Source of the DNA: Chitinophagales bacterium
GTDB taxonomy: Bacteria; Bacteroidota; Bacteroidia; Chitinophagales; UBA10324
Direction of reading: 5' to 3'
Assembly (NCBI GenBank): GCA_039810885.1
Contig: JBDHXV010000004.1
Span: 1,414 to 65,413, forward strand
DNA length: 64,000 nt
This document shows positions 28,468 to 38,551 of the stretch, one piece after another (positions within the stretch are counted from its first letter, which is position 1; every line of letters begins with the position of its first letter). A model generated the notes under the pieces. It had not been told where the DNA came from. It saw only the letters and a program-made list of their open reading frames with translations, and ran no database searches. The translations under genes and the position numbers were made by a program.

Positions 28468-29970
28468 ATGAGTGAACACATATTTGAAATCGGATCTCGT
28501 CCGCTGAACCTTGCGGAGTTGAGTAAATTGAATCAAGGTAACGTGACGTTAGGATTAAGCGAAGATGCTCAAGAGCGGATTTTACACTGTCGCACGTATC
28601 TAAATCAGAAAATGCAAGACAGCGGTAGCCTCTACTATGGAATCAATACCGGATTCGGCTCCTTATGTAATGTAAAGGTTTCTCCTGAACAATGTGGCAC
28701 ACTTCAAGAGAATTTGATGATGAGTCATGCTTGTGGTATGGGAGAAGCAGTAAATAAAGAAATTGTGCGTTGGATGCTGCTATTAAAAGTACAATCCTTG
28801 AGCTACGGTCACTCCGGAGTGGATTTGGCTACTGTATGGCGGTTAATTGACTTTTTTAATCATGGCATTTATCCGGTCGTATTTACTCAAGGTTCGTTAG
28901 GCGCCTCCGGCGATCTGGCACCTTTGGCTCATTTATGTTTACCCTTGATAGGTAAAGGAAAGGTGCAATATAATGGGACACTATATGATGCTGAATCTTT
29001 ATTTCCTCACTTCAAGTGGAAGGCCTTAAAGCTACAATCTAAGGAAGGACTTGCCTTATTGAACGGCACCCAATTTATGAGCGCCTATGCGGTTCACATT
29101 TTATTGCGTACACAAAGTTTATTATTGTGGAGCGATATTATTGCTGCATTATCTTGTGATGCTTTTGATTGTAAAGCAGAGCCGTTCAATGCCCTCCTGC
29201 ACAACGCACGCCCACATACAGGGCAAATTCATACTGCTGCAACTATACGTAAATTGCTTAGCGGAAGTGAAATATCTGCACAAACTAAAAAACAAGTTCA
29301 AGACCCATATTCATTCCGGTGCATTCCACAAGTGCACGGTGCTTCAAAAGATGCTATAGATTATGTAATACATGTTGTTGAAACAGAGATTAATTCGGTA
29401 ACCGATAATCCTAATGTTTTTGCACAGGAAGATGAGATACTTTCGGGGGGCAACTTTCACGGACAACCTTTGGCATTAAGCCTTGACTTCCTTGCTATTG
29501 CCTTGAGTGAGTTAGGCAGCATCTCTGAGCGCCGCACTTATCAATTAATAAGCGGGCAACGCGGGCTTCCTGCATTTCTTATTAAGAATGCAGGATTAAA
29601 CAGCGGCCTGATGATTCCACAATATACCGCTGCTTCCATTGCAAGCCAGAACAAGCAACTTTGTTCACCGGCTTCCGTTGATTCCATTGTAAGCAGTAAT
29701 GGTCAGGAAGACCACGTGAGTATGGGAGCAAACGCCGCAACTAAATGCCTTCGCGTATTAGAAAATACCGAACGAATCTTATCTATTGAATTATTAAATG
29801 CTGTACAGGCTCTTGATTTTAGAAAACCATTACGGAGCAGCCCTATACTTGAGAAAATTATCGGAGACTATCGTTTGGCCGTATCTTTTAATGAGCAAGA
29901 TCGGGTGTTGCATGAAGATTTGGAGGCTTCGTTAAATTTTATTTTGAACTATCAACTCCCATCTATTTGA
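28468..29970 (+). CDS. hutH: histidine ammonia-lyase
   Basis: MIO-forming GASGDLAPLAHL (A146-S147-G148 by hand count). YGINTGFG. A Ser-His pair in NLMMSHACG sits at the substrate-selectivity position, as in HAL rather than TAL or PAL. Confidence 0.85.
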   Translation: MSEHIFEIGSRPLNLAELSKLNQGNVTLGLSEDAQERILHCRTYLNQKMQDSGSLYYGINTGFGSLCNVKVSPEQCGTLQENLMMSHACGMGEAVNKEIVRWMLLLKVQSLSYGHSGVDLATVWRLIDFFNHGIYPVVFTQGSLGASGDLAPLAHLCLPLIGKGKVQYNGTLYDAESLFPHFKWKALKLQSKEGLALLNGTQFMSAYAVHILLRTQSLLLWSDIIAALSCDAFDCKAEPFNALLHNARPHTGQIHTAATIRKLLSGSEISAQTKKQVQDPYSFRCIPQVHGASKDAIDYVIHVVETEINSVTDNPNVFAQEDEILSGGNFHGQPLALSLDFLAIALSELGSISERRTYQLISGQRGLPAFLIKNAGLNSGLMIPQYTAASIASQNKQLCSPASVDSIVSSNGQEDHVSMGANAATKCLRVLENTERILSIELLNAVQALDFRKPLRSSPILEKIIGDYRLAVSFNEQDRVLHEDLEASLNFILNYQLPSI

Positions 29971-30743
29971 ACCGAGCAGAGGTAAAAAGATTGTTAAATG
30001 AAAAAGCGAAGCAATTCAATAACCCTTCGTTTATTATAAATGATCCGATAAGTATTCCACACCTGTTCGAGAAAAAGCAGGATATTGAAATATCCGGACT
30101 CTTCTCTGCTGCGCTTGCTTGGGGGCAACGAAAGACAATTATAGAAAACAATATAAAACTGATGCAGTTGATGGAGATGTCGCCTTATGAGTTTATTACA
30201 CAGCACGAAGAGAAAGATTTGGAACGTTTTTCTGGCTTTGTGCATCGAACATTCAATACTACCGACCTGCTTTATTTCATCTATTTCTTAAAAAATTATT
30301 ATCAGACTCATTCTTCTCTGGAGGATGCATTTATACCGCTTGCTCAAACAAATGAAGAATATGGATATGATGCACTAACGCAATTTCATCATATATTTTT
30401 TTCACTCGATATTCTGTCGCAACGAACACGAAAACACATTGCAACACCGGAGCGCAACTCGGCGTGTAAACGATTGAATATGTATTTACGCTGGATGGTG
30501 CGCCGCGATGACAAAGGTGTAGATTTCGGAATCTGGACACGCATTCTGCCCTCGCAATTAATTTGCCCATTAGATATTCACGTACAACGGGTAGCACGCT
30601 CCTTACAATTACTTACCCGCAAACAAAATGACTGGAAAGCAGCCATTGAGCTTACCCGTAATTTGCGCATGTTCAATCACGATGACCCTGTAATTTACGA
30701 CTACGCTTTATTTGGATTAGGTGTTATGGAGAAATGGCGTTGA
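29967..30743 (+). CDS. TIGR02757/DUF2400-like protein, unknown function
   Basis: 258 aa. The TTG start overlaps the hutH stop (TTGA). Family call from memory (FIINDPISIPHLF...AWGQRKTII). Confidence 0.55.
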   Translation: MNRAEVKRLLNEKAKQFNNPSFIINDPISIPHLFEKKQDIEISGLFSAALAWGQRKTIIENNIKLMQLMEMSPYEFITQHEEKDLERFSGFVHRTFNTTDLLYFIYFLKNYYQTHSSLEDAFIPLAQTNEEYGYDALTQFHHIFFSLDILSQRTRKHIATPERNSACKRLNMYLRWMVRRDDKGVDFGIWTRILPSQLICPLDIHVQRVARSLQLLTRKQNDWKAAIELTRNLRMFNHDDPVIYDYALFGLGVMEKWR

Positions 30744-30750
30744 TTAACGC
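30737..30750. terminator. small hairpin GCGTT-gatt-AACGC containing both convergent stop codons
   Basis: 5-bp stem and 4-nt loop. TGA (30741-30743) and TTA (30744-30746) lie inside it, and TTGTTTT follows on the plus strand. Weak. Confidence 0.25.
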
Positions 30751-31325
30751 TTGTTTTCCATTCCATCGATAAAGCAAGTTCTGCAACGTGGTTCATAATG
30801 ATTTTTTGCACCAAGCAATACTGTTGATTCAATATCGGATAAACGATAAGAGTAGGAAGCTAAGTTTCCACATTTTACACAGATGGCGTGCACCTTAGTT
30901 ATATATTCTGCTTGTGCCAGTAATTGAGGCATAGTGCCGAAAGGTTTCGCGGAAAAGTCCATATCTAACCCGGCAATGATAACCCGAATGCCGCGATTTG
31001 CAAGCTCTTCACATACTCTTGGCAAGGCATCATCAAAAAATTGTGCTTCATCTATACCAACAACTTCTATGTCAGAAACTAATGCGGGGATATCCGATGC
31101 ATGTTTGACCGGTACGGAGGTAATGCTGTTTTCATCGTGCGATACAATTTTGACTTCATCATACCGCACATCCAGCTTGGGCTTAAAAATAGCTACGTTC
31201 TGATTCGCAATCTTAGCACGTTTTAACCGACGAATTAACTCCTCCGTCTTTCCGGAAAACATGCATCCGCAAACAACTTCAATCCATCCGTTGCGGTGGG
31301 GTTTAACATACGGCTCTAAAAACAC
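30744..31325 (-). CDS. tdk: thymidine kinase
   Basis: GCMFSGKTEELIRR P-loop, VIGIDEAQFF, and a C-terminal zinc ribbon C..C...C..C. GTG start, 1 nt after the upstream stop. Confidence 0.9.
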   Translation of the reverse strand: MFLEPYVKPHRNGWIEVVCGCMFSGKTEELIRRLKRAKIANQNVAIFKPKLDVRYDEVKIVSHDENSITSVPVKHASDIPALVSDIEVVGIDEAQFFDDALPRVCEELANRGIRVIIAGLDMDFSAKPFGTMPQLLAQAEYITKVHAICVKCGNLASYSYRLSDIESTVLLGAKNHYEPRCRTCFIDGMENKR

Positions 31326-31326
31326 G

Positions 31327-32055
31327 TCAGGTGGCCCTCAAGGTTTTATTATTCAAGTAATGATGTAGATATTCGGGGTCAACTAATGATATGACCTCTT
31401 TACGTTTTTGTTCTAAAAAGGAGTAAGGCAATTCTTCATAAAATTTTTCGGGTTTAAGGTTCATCCAATCGGAGGGGTTAAAATTAGGTTTCGGGAAGGC
31501 GATACCTAAACCGTAATCACAGTTGAGTGTGAATAAATCAAATTGATCTAAGCGTTTATTTAACTGAATAAAATGGTGGAAAGATTTCCACGAATCGCCA
31601 CACCAAAAACTCTTCTCCTTATGTACTGACCTTGCGGCACTACGCGAAGCTGCCGGCAGGGCCAACGCTTCAGTTTCAGGATTAATATCATGTAAAACGA
31701 GGGCACTATGCAGATGAATGTGTTGCAGCGTATGAATAATATCAAAAAAAGTTTGCTGATAGGTATGTAGTCCATCAATAAAGACTACATCAAATACTGT
31801 TTTCTTGTTTGATCTTATTATTTCATTGAAAAAGATATCGCTTGTGGTGTGTTTATATTTATTACGCAAATTCTCTGGCCTCTTTCGGATGGCATGCAAC
31901 TTATATCGGAATGTGATTTTCATATCCGGATCAACTGCAGTTTTATATGGTGCTCGTATTTCCATAAAACAGCGACCGTCAAAAACTCCTATTTCTAAAT
32001 ATTTTCGGGCTGAAAGCTTGTCTATAATGAGTTGTATAACATCTTTTCGTTCCAT
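31327..32055 (-). CDS. class I SAM-dependent methyltransferase-like protein
   Basis: YLEIGVFDGRCF and VFIDGLHTY resemble the Methyltransf_24-type fold. Weak family call. Confidence 0.5.
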   Translation of the reverse strand: MERKDVIQLIIDKLSARKYLEIGVFDGRCFMEIRAPYKTAVDPDMKITFRYKLHAIRKRPENLRNKYKHTTSDIFFNEIIRSNKKTVFDVVFIDGLHTYQQTFFDIIHTLQHIHLHSALVLHDINPETEALALPAASRSAARSVHKEKSFWCGDSWKSFHHFIQLNKRLDQFDLFTLNCDYGLGIAFPKPNFNPSDWMNLKPEKFYEELPYSFLEQKRKEVISLVDPEYLHHYLNNKTLRAT

Positions 32056-32071
32056 TCTTATCCTGCTGTGA

Positions 32072-32079
32072 CAAATATA
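32072..32079 (-). promoter_or_regulatory. candidate -7 box (TATATTTG on minus strand), 16 nt upstream of ATG 32055
   Basis: Plus strand reads CAAATATA. Confidence 0.55.
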
Positions 32080-32194
32080 ACTTTTTGCGGTAAAGCAATA
32101 GGCTTATTCAATCTATGTAAGATTGATTCTACCATTTATCGAATAAAATAAGAGAATTTATCGTTAAGCAATTACTTTTACACAGATATATAAT

Positions 32195-32947
32195 ATGGAT
32201 ATTGGCGTTCAAACAAAGATTACAGTACTGGTAGAGAAAATCAACTACTTGCAACACTCTATTGCACAAAATAACGGTGTGGTGAGCAAGGTAGATAAAG
32301 ATTTACTGGTGAATTATGTGCGTGAATTATATGAGTTAGTACTGAGCCTTCCGGTTAATATGCCTCAGTACCCAACTCAGGGCTACAACGCGCCCGAGCC
32401 GACTGCTTCATATCCACCATATCCTCAACAAAACTACCAACCCAATTATCCACAAACACAGGTTCCTCAACAAAATCCAAGCTATCCCCAGCCTCCTTTA
32501 CCCTCAACACCTCAACAAACAGCGGGCACGCCTCCTATACCGCCTTCACAAAAGGCGGGGAATGAATTAAATGCATCATTTACATTCAGCAGCGGTAAAA
32601 GAACCTTATCAGACACCATTAAAATTAAAGTAGCCGGAGATAAGCCTTCGATAAATGAGAACTTTAAACGTGAAGATAAAGACATTGCATCGAGAATGCA
32701 ACTCACCCCGATTAAGGATTTAAAGATCTTCATCAGTTTAAATAAACGATTCTCTTATATCAATTTCTTGTTTGGCAATGATGCAAGTTTATATGATGAA
32801 GCTATCACCTACCTCAACTCGTGTGATTCGTTTGAAACGGCAAAGCAATACCTCAACACCTATTTACAGCCGAAGCTTAACTGGGCAGATGATAATGAGA
32901 TGGTAACCGAGTTTAAGACTCTGGTGGAGCGTCGTTATATCATGTAA
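32195..32947 (+). CDS. hypothetical protein with a central P/Q/Y-rich low-complexity linker
   Basis: Helical N-terminus, about 70 aa of YPxQ-like repeats (QYPTQGYNAPEPTASYPPYPQQNYQPNYPQTQVPQQNPSYPQPP), and a structured C-terminal domain. Confidence 0.6.
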   Translation: MDIGVQTKITVLVEKINYLQHSIAQNNGVVSKVDKDLLVNYVRELYELVLSLPVNMPQYPTQGYNAPEPTASYPPYPQQNYQPNYPQTQVPQQNPSYPQPPLPSTPQQTAGTPPIPPSQKAGNELNASFTFSSGKRTLSDTIKIKVAGDKPSINENFKREDKDIASRMQLTPIKDLKIFISLNKRFSYINFLFGNDASLYDEAITYLNSCDSFETAKQYLNTYLQPKLNWADDNEMVTEFKTLVERRYIM

Positions 32948-34181
32948 GTATTTTTTCTATATCGCTTACGACTTTTTCTGTTGCCCCCTTATTCGATTGA
33001 ACATACTCTTTGTTTATGTTGCCTGTCTTTTTCATTTTAACCTCATCATTAAGGTATGTTTCTAATATTGTTGCCAGTTCTATTTGGTTATTAACAACCT
33101 GAGCACCGCCAAGTTTCAGCAACTCAAGCGCCTCTCTGAATTTTTGAAAATTCGGGCCAAACAATATAGGCTTTCCATAAACTGCAGCTTCTAATATATT
33201 GTGGATGCCCGCACCAAATCCGCCCCCTATATAGGCAATATCCGCATAGCGATATAATGCGGATAGCAGTCCGATTTTATCCAGAACCAAAATCTGTTTT
33301 AGGTTTACTTCCTTACTCTCATTTATTGAAGTATAATTTACTGCATTAGAAATGCTCAGAAGTATCTGTTGAATATGACTTGCGTTGATTTCGTGAGGCA
33401 CTATAATCCATTTCACTGTAGGAAATTTTGAAACTATAGAAAGAAAGAGTTCTTCATCTTCCGGCCACGTACTCCCTGCAACTACACATTTATCTTCTCC
33501 TATAAATTCTTTTATAAAAGGGATCTGAACATCTTGGCTTCCCACTTGCAGAACTCTGTCAAAACGTGTATCTCCGGCAACTTGGATATTCTGAACATCA
33601 TACTCTATCAATAACTTTTTGCTACATTCATCCTGAACATACAAACGATGAAAACTCCGGAGTGCTTTTAAGAATATTCTACCATAAGGTTTAAAAAATA
33701 TTTGTGAAGGTCTGAAGGTTGCTGAAAGCAATAAAAGAGGAACTCCTTGCTTCTTGCATTGAAAAATATAATTAAGCCAAAACTCGTATTTAACAAACAG
33801 TGCGACAGCCGGTTTTACAGCAGTAATAAATCGTTTTGCATTGCGTGGTGTGTCTAAGGGCAAATAATAAATTACATCTGCTCCATAATAATTTTTTCTC
33901 AGTTCATATCCTGATGGTGAAAAGAAAGTAAGTAATAATTTATATCCGGGAAACTCTTTGCGAATACGTTCTAAAACTGGTCTTCCTTGTTCAAACTCTC
34001 CTAGCGATGCACAATGCATCCAGATTACGGGCTGCTTATTATCAGTAAAGTGGCGTTCAATACTCAACATCAAATTTTTACGTCCTTCAACCCATAAAGC
34101 TGCTTTGTGATTAAACATTGAGGCTATGCGAATGAAACCTCCATACAGGAATATCCCGATTTGATAAATCAAAAATGTCAT
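32940..34181 (-). CDS. waaA: 3-deoxy-D-manno-octulosonic acid (Kdo) transferase
   Basis: WMHCASLGEFEQGRPVLERIR and a GT-B C-terminal half (GGGFGAGIHNILEAAVYGKPILFGPN). ATG 34181 overlaps the upstream stop (TGATG). Confidence 0.85.
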   Translation of the reverse strand: MTFLIYQIGIFLYGGFIRIASMFNHKAALWVEGRKNLMLSIERHFTDNKQPVIWMHCASLGEFEQGRPVLERIRKEFPGYKLLLTFFSPSGYELRKNYYGADVIYYLPLDTPRNAKRFITAVKPAVALFVKYEFWLNYIFQCKKQGVPLLLLSATFRPSQIFFKPYGRIFLKALRSFHRLYVQDECSKKLLIEYDVQNIQVAGDTRFDRVLQVGSQDVQIPFIKEFIGEDKCVVAGSTWPEDEELFLSIVSKFPTVKWIIVPHEINASHIQQILLSISNAVNYTSINESKEVNLKQILVLDKIGLLSALYRYADIAYIGGGFGAGIHNILEAAVYGKPILFGPNFQKFREALELLKLGGAQVVNNQIELATILETYLNDEVKMKKTGNINKEYVQSNKGATEKVVSDIEKILT

Positions 34182-34927
34182 CAATAATTATAAAAGCGTT
34201 CTTCGTTCTTACTGTAAAGAGGCAAAATCCAAGATGCAGAAAGCCCCATCATCATATCCAAGCGCAAGGTGTTATCTTGTTTCCGTTCATCAAAATTCCA
34301 CGAGCGGCGATTACGTGTAAGGGCTTCATTAAAGTCAAATCCAACTCTGAAATTCATCCTGCGTCGTGCATCAAGGTTTATGAGTTGAATCGTTTGTTTA
34401 AATAAAACGCCATTCGTTAGACGGTCATATCCCTTTTTATATTCTTTATTCAACTGTAATAATATTTCATCCTGATCGACAATGCGGATTTTATGTTGCA
34501 AAAATCCTACTCCCGCACTGAATATAATACCCGAATTGGGGTTGATCTTTTTTATAGAAACTAATTTACCTATGCTCCCATAAATCATATATCCCCGTTC
34601 AAATAAAGCAACATCGGCAATAGTACCTGTGTATCCAATTAAGTCACTCCCTGCACTTAGCGAATCAATAAATGAAGATTCCTTTACCGTGCGACCATAA
34701 ATAAAATCGCTCCCTATTCCAAAAATAAAATTTGAGACAGATTTGCGATATACTCCTCCGCCTATGCTGCTGTTGTTACCAAAGCGGTTTGCCAAATCTC
34801 CGAATGGCAGATATAAACCGAAATTACCTTGTATCAGGGTGCCTGCAATTGAAGCCTCTTTCAGCGATTGTGCACTTGAGCTATACACACTAAAAAAAAG
34901 ACCTGTTAGTATTAAGTATTTCTTCAT
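34181..34927 (-). CDS. secreted/outer-membrane protein, unknown function
   Basis: The internal ATG 34927 gives the signal peptide MKKYLILTGLFFSVYSSSAQS. Beta-rich, ending in ...RFYNY. Confidence 0.5.
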   Translation of the reverse strand: MKKYLILTGLFFSVYSSSAQSLKEASIAGTLIQGNFGLYLPFGDLANRFGNNSSIGGGVYRKSVSNFIFGIGSDFIYGRTVKESSFIDSLSAGSDLIGYTGTIADVALFERGYMIYGSIGKLVSIKKINPNSGIIFSAGVGFLQHKIRIVDQDEILLQLNKEYKKGYDRLTNGVLFKQTIQLINLDARRRMNFRVGFDFNEALTRNRRSWNFDERKQDNTLRLDMMMGLSASWILPLYSKNEERFYNY

Positions 34928-34933
34928 CCGTTT

Positions 34934-34941
34934 CAAACTTA
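34934..34941 (-). promoter_or_regulatory. candidate -7 box (TAAGTTTG on minus strand), 6 nt upstream of ATG 34927
   Basis: Plus strand reads CAAACTTA. Confidence 0.4.
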
Positions 34942-34982
34942 GCAAGAATATAAACTGCAAATGAATAACATTCCTTATATAC

Positions 34983-34990
34983 TATATTTG
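34983..34990 (+). promoter_or_regulatory. candidate -7 box TATATTTG, 15 nt upstream of ATG 35006
   Basis: It lies inside the track ORF (34961 start). This argues that the aminotransferase starts at 35006 (MNKIEMVDLKGQY). Confidence 0.55.
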
Positions 34991-35005
34991 CCACGCTTAA
35001 ATACA

Positions 35006-36136
35006 ATGAATAAGATTGAAATGGTTGACCTCAAGGGTCAGTATCGGAAAATAAAAAAAGATGTTGATCAGTCCATACAAGACGTAATTGATTCTACCGC
35101 ATTTATCAATGGCAAGCCCGTTCAGGACTTTGCTACGGAAATGGCCGCATACAACGGAAGTAAACATTGCATTCCGTGTGCAAACGGCACAGATGCATTA
35201 CAGATTGTAATGATGGCCCTAGGTCTGAAACCTGGAGATGAAGTAATCTCTGCGTCCTTCACTTATTTCGCCACGGTGGAAGCGGCAGCATTGTTAGGTT
35301 TGGAAACCGTTTTTATTGATGTAGATCGCAATACGTTTACAATAAATATAGATGCCTTACGTAAAGCCATTACGCCAAAAACAAAATTGATTGTTCCGGT
35401 TCATTTATACGGACAAGCAGCTAATATGGAGGAAATTTTGAAGATAGCTGCCGAGCATAAGATTCCCGTATTGGAAGACAACGCACAAGGAATAGGCGGC
35501 ACCTTCACATTCAGCAATGGGGTTATCAAGAAAAATGGCGCTATGGCACTCGCCGGTACAACTTCTTTCTTTCCATCAAAAAATTTAGGCTGTTACGGAG
35601 ACGGCGGTGCTATTTTCACAAATGATGACGAATTAGCCGTAAAGTGTCGAATGATCGCAGCGCATGGTCAAAGAATTCGATATCAACATGATTTAATCGG
35701 CATTAACTCTCGCTTGGATACTATCCAAGCCGCTGTTCTACGTGTAAAGCTCAAACATCTGGATGCCTATTGCGATGCGCGGCGAAAGGCCGCTGATTAC
35801 TACGACAAGGCTTTTGAGGGAAATATAAAAATTACGACTCCTTATCGTGCTCCTTACGCTAAACACGTGTTTCATCAATACACAATAATTCTACATGAAA
35901 GCGTGAACCGCGAAGCATTGATAGAGCATTTGAAAGATAAAGGAATTCCCACTATGCTTTATTACCCTGTGCCTTGTCATAAACAAAAGGCATTTGAAAA
36001 TCGAGGCCACATAAGTGGGGCACTAACCAATACCGATTATTTAACTCCGCGTGTTTTATCCCTGCCTATGCATACCGAGCTTTCAAATGAGCAGTTGCAA
36101 TATATTTCACAATGTGTTATAGAGTTTTTAAATTAA
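35006..36136 (+). CDS. DegT/DnrJ/EryC1/StrS family sugar aminotransferase (WbpE-like)
   Basis: VDLKGQY..., NGTDALQI, EDNAQGIG, and SFFPSKNLGCYGDGG (PLP Lys). Confidence 0.85.
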   Translation: MNKIEMVDLKGQYRKIKKDVDQSIQDVIDSTAFINGKPVQDFATEMAAYNGSKHCIPCANGTDALQIVMMALGLKPGDEVISASFTYFATVEAAALLGLETVFIDVDRNTFTINIDALRKAITPKTKLIVPVHLYGQAANMEEILKIAAEHKIPVLEDNAQGIGGTFTFSNGVIKKNGAMALAGTTSFFPSKNLGCYGDGGAIFTNDDELAVKCRMIAAHGQRIRYQHDLIGINSRLDTIQAAVLRVKLKHLDAYCDARRKAADYYDKAFEGNIKITTPYRAPYAKHVFHQYTIILHESVNREALIEHLKDKGIPTMLYYPVPCHKQKAFENRGHISGALTNTDYLTPRVLSLPMHTELSNEQLQYISQCVIEFLN

Positions 36137-36142
36137 CCTAAC

Positions 36143-37459
36143 ATGAATATTGCTGTAGTAGGAACAGGTTACGTCGGGCTGGTTACGGGAACTTGCTTTG
36201 CCGAAACAGGAAACACGGTGATTTGCGTAGATATAAGCGTAGAAAAAATTAACTCTTTAAAAGCAGGCAAAGTCCCCATATTTGAGCCCGATTTAGATAC
36301 CCTTTTTGAACGCAACGTTAAGTATCATCGTTTATTCTTTACAACCAACCTTGCTGAAGCGGTTCAAGATGCAGAAGTTATTTTTTTAGCTTTACCCACT
36401 CCCCCCGGCGAGGATGGGAGTGCCGACTTAAAATATATATTGGGCGTGGCCGATGAATTAGGCAAACTAATCATAGATTATAAGGTTATTGTAGATAAAA
36501 GCACGGTACCGGTTGGTACCGCAGAGAAGGTACGAGCGGCTATTGCAAAAAATGCAAAAACAGAATTTGATGTAGCCAGCAACCCTGAATTCTTACGTGA
36601 GGGAGTTGCTGTTGATGACTTTATGAGGCCTGACCGTGTTGTCATCGGCACTTCATCAGAGCGTGCAAGAAAAAAACTGGATACTTTATATGAACCGTTC
36701 GTGCGCCAAGGCAATCCTATAATTTATATGGATGAACGAAGTGCCGAAATGACGAAATATGCCGCCAACGCTTATTTGGCAACTCGCATTTCCTTCATGA
36801 ATGAAATTGCTAATGTATGCGAACGTGTAGGAGCCAATGTAGATATGGTGCGTAAGGGAATAGGCAGCGACAATCGTATCGGAAAACGTTTCCTTTTTCC
36901 CGGAATCGGATATGGAGGAAGTTGCTTTCCTAAAGATGTAAAAGCATTACATAAAACTGCGCAGGAATATCAGTATGATTTTAAAATATTAGATGCAGTA
37001 ATGAAAGTAAATAGTATTCAGAAGTTGATACTATTCGAGAAAATAAAAGATTATTTTAACGGTAAATTAAAAGATAAGGTCATTGGCATTTGGGGATTGG
37101 CTTTTAAACCTAACACAGACGATATTCGTGAAGCACCCGCATTATACATTATTGAGGCACTCTTGAATGAGGGAGCATCTATTATAGCATACGACCCCGA
37201 AGCTATTGAGAACACGAAGAGCTTATTCGGCAACCGGATTCAATACGGGTCATCCCCTTATGAGGCGGCACAAGATGTGGATGCCTTGGCTATTCTCACT
37301 GAGTGGTCAGAGTTTCGAACACCGGACTTTAAGAAACTCTCAGAAATCATGAAACAAAAAGTCATTTTTGACGGACGAAACGTGTTTAACACTAATACAC
37401 CTGATGAATATGGATTTTACTACAACAGCATTGGTCGCGTAACTATTAAAAACACTTGA
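36143..37459 (+). CDS. ugd: UDP-glucose 6-dehydrogenase
   Basis: [12 protein letters not shown] and GGSCFPKD (catalytic Cys). Confidence 0.9.
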   Translation: MNIAVVGTGYVGLVTGTCFAETGNTVICVDISVEKINSLKAGKVPIFEPDLDTLFERNVKYHRLFFTTNLAEAVQDAEVIFLALPTPPGEDGSADLKYILGVADELGKLIIDYKVIVDKSTVPVGTAEKVRAAIAKNAKTEFDVASNPEFLREGVAVDDFMRPDRVVIGTSSERARKKLDTLYEPFVRQGNPIIYMDERSAEMTKYAANAYLATRISFMNEIANVCERVGANVDMVRKGIGSDNRIGKRFLFPGIGYGGSCFPKDVKALHKTAQEYQYDFKILDAVMKVNSIQKLILFEKIKDYFNGKLKDKVIGIWGLAFKPNTDDIREAPALYIIEALLNEGASIIAYDPEAIENTKSLFGNRIQYGSSPYEAAQDVDALAILTEWSEFRTPDFKKLSEIMKQKVIFDGRNVFNTNTPDEYGFYYNSIGRVTIKNT

Positions 37460-37464
37460 GTAAA

Positions 37465-38415
37465 ATGGTTCGAAAACGCATACTCATCACCGGTGCTGCC
37501 GGGTTCATAGGCTCTCACTTATGTGATAAGTTTTTAAATAACGGATACGAGGTCATCGGAATGGATAATCTTCTTACCGGAGACTTACACAACATTGAGC
37601 ATTTATTTCCCATAAAAGAGTTTACCTTCTATCATCACGATGTAAGCAAGTTTGTTTATGTTCCGGGGCATTTAGACTATATCCTCCATTTTGCCTCACC
37701 GGCTTCACCAATAGATTATTTAAAAATGCCAATACAGACTTTGAAAGTAGGCTCTCTCGGCACACATAATTTACTGGGGTTGGCTTTATCCAAAAAAGCC
37801 CGAATCCTTGTTGCATCTACCAGCGAAGTCTATGGTGACCCCTTGGTACACCCTCAAAACGAAGACTACTGGGGAAATGTAAACCCTATTGGCCCACGCG
37901 GAGTATATGATGAAGCCAAACGGTTTCAGGAGTCTATAACGATGGCTTATCATACCTATCATAAACTTGAAACTCGTATTGTACGCATCTTTAATACGTA
38001 TGGCCCTCGAATGCGCCTTAATGACGGACGCGTATTACCAACCTTTTTTTATCAAGCACTTACCGGAAAAGACCTTACCATTTTTGGAGATGGATCTCAA
38101 ACTCGTTCTTTCTGTTATATTCAAGATTTAGTTGACGGCATTTACAAACTTTTATTAAGCGATTATCCTATACCGATAAATATTGGGAACCCCGATGAAA
38201 TTACAATAAGTCAATTTGCCGAAGAAATTATTAAGTTAACGAATACTACACAAAAAGTTATTTATAAGCCTTTACCCATTGACGATCCTAAACAACGCCA
38301 ACCCGATATTTCAAGAGCGAAGGAGATTTTAGCATGGGAACCTAAAGTACATCGTGCGGAAGGGTTGCGTATAACATACGACTATTTTAAAAAAGCTCTA
38401 AATGCGACGAGTTAA
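37465..38415 (+). CDS. UDP-glucuronate decarboxylase (UDP-xylose synthase)
   Basis: [12 protein letters not shown]; STSEVYGDP; YDEAKR (YxxxK). The track start 37456 is TTG overlapping the ugd stop; ATG 37465 is preferred. Confidence 0.8.
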   Translation: MVRKRILITGAAGFIGSHLCDKFLNNGYEVIGMDNLLTGDLHNIEHLFPIKEFTFYHHDVSKFVYVPGHLDYILHFASPASPIDYLKMPIQTLKVGSLGTHNLLGLALSKKARILVASTSEVYGDPLVHPQNEDYWGNVNPIGPRGVYDEAKRFQESITMAYHTYHKLETRIVRIFNTYGPRMRLNDGRVLPTFFYQALTGKDLTIFGDGSQTRSFCYIQDLVDGIYKLLLSDYPIPINIGNPDEITISQFAEEIIKLTNTTQKVIYKPLPIDDPKQRQPDISRAKEILAWEPKVHRAEGLRITYDYFKKALNATS

Positions 38416-38510
38416 AATATAGCGTAAAAATCCCCCAACCTTCTCTACTGAATTTTCCATTTTCTAATGCCCGCTAAAAGGCCAGAAGCTATTCTTGACC
38501 TCAAAAAAAC

Positions 38511-38518
38511 TATATTTG
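38511..38518 (+). promoter_or_regulatory. candidate internal -7 box TATATTTG, 33 nt upstream of ATG 38552
   Basis: It lies in the only sizeable spacer (136 nt) of the sugar cluster. TTG at 38495-38497 is a possible -33 element. Confidence 0.5.
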
Positions 38519-38551
38519 CGCACCTAATTTTAGGATAGTTCAACATCGAAA

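Noticed and set aside
28468-29970. Tyrosine ammonia-lyase for flexirubin-type pigment synthesis rather than HAL
   Set aside because: The selectivity position reads Ser-His (MMSHACG), as in histidine ammonia-lyases. TAL has His-Leu and PAL has Phe-Leu there. No flexirubin (darA/B, KS) genes are nearby.
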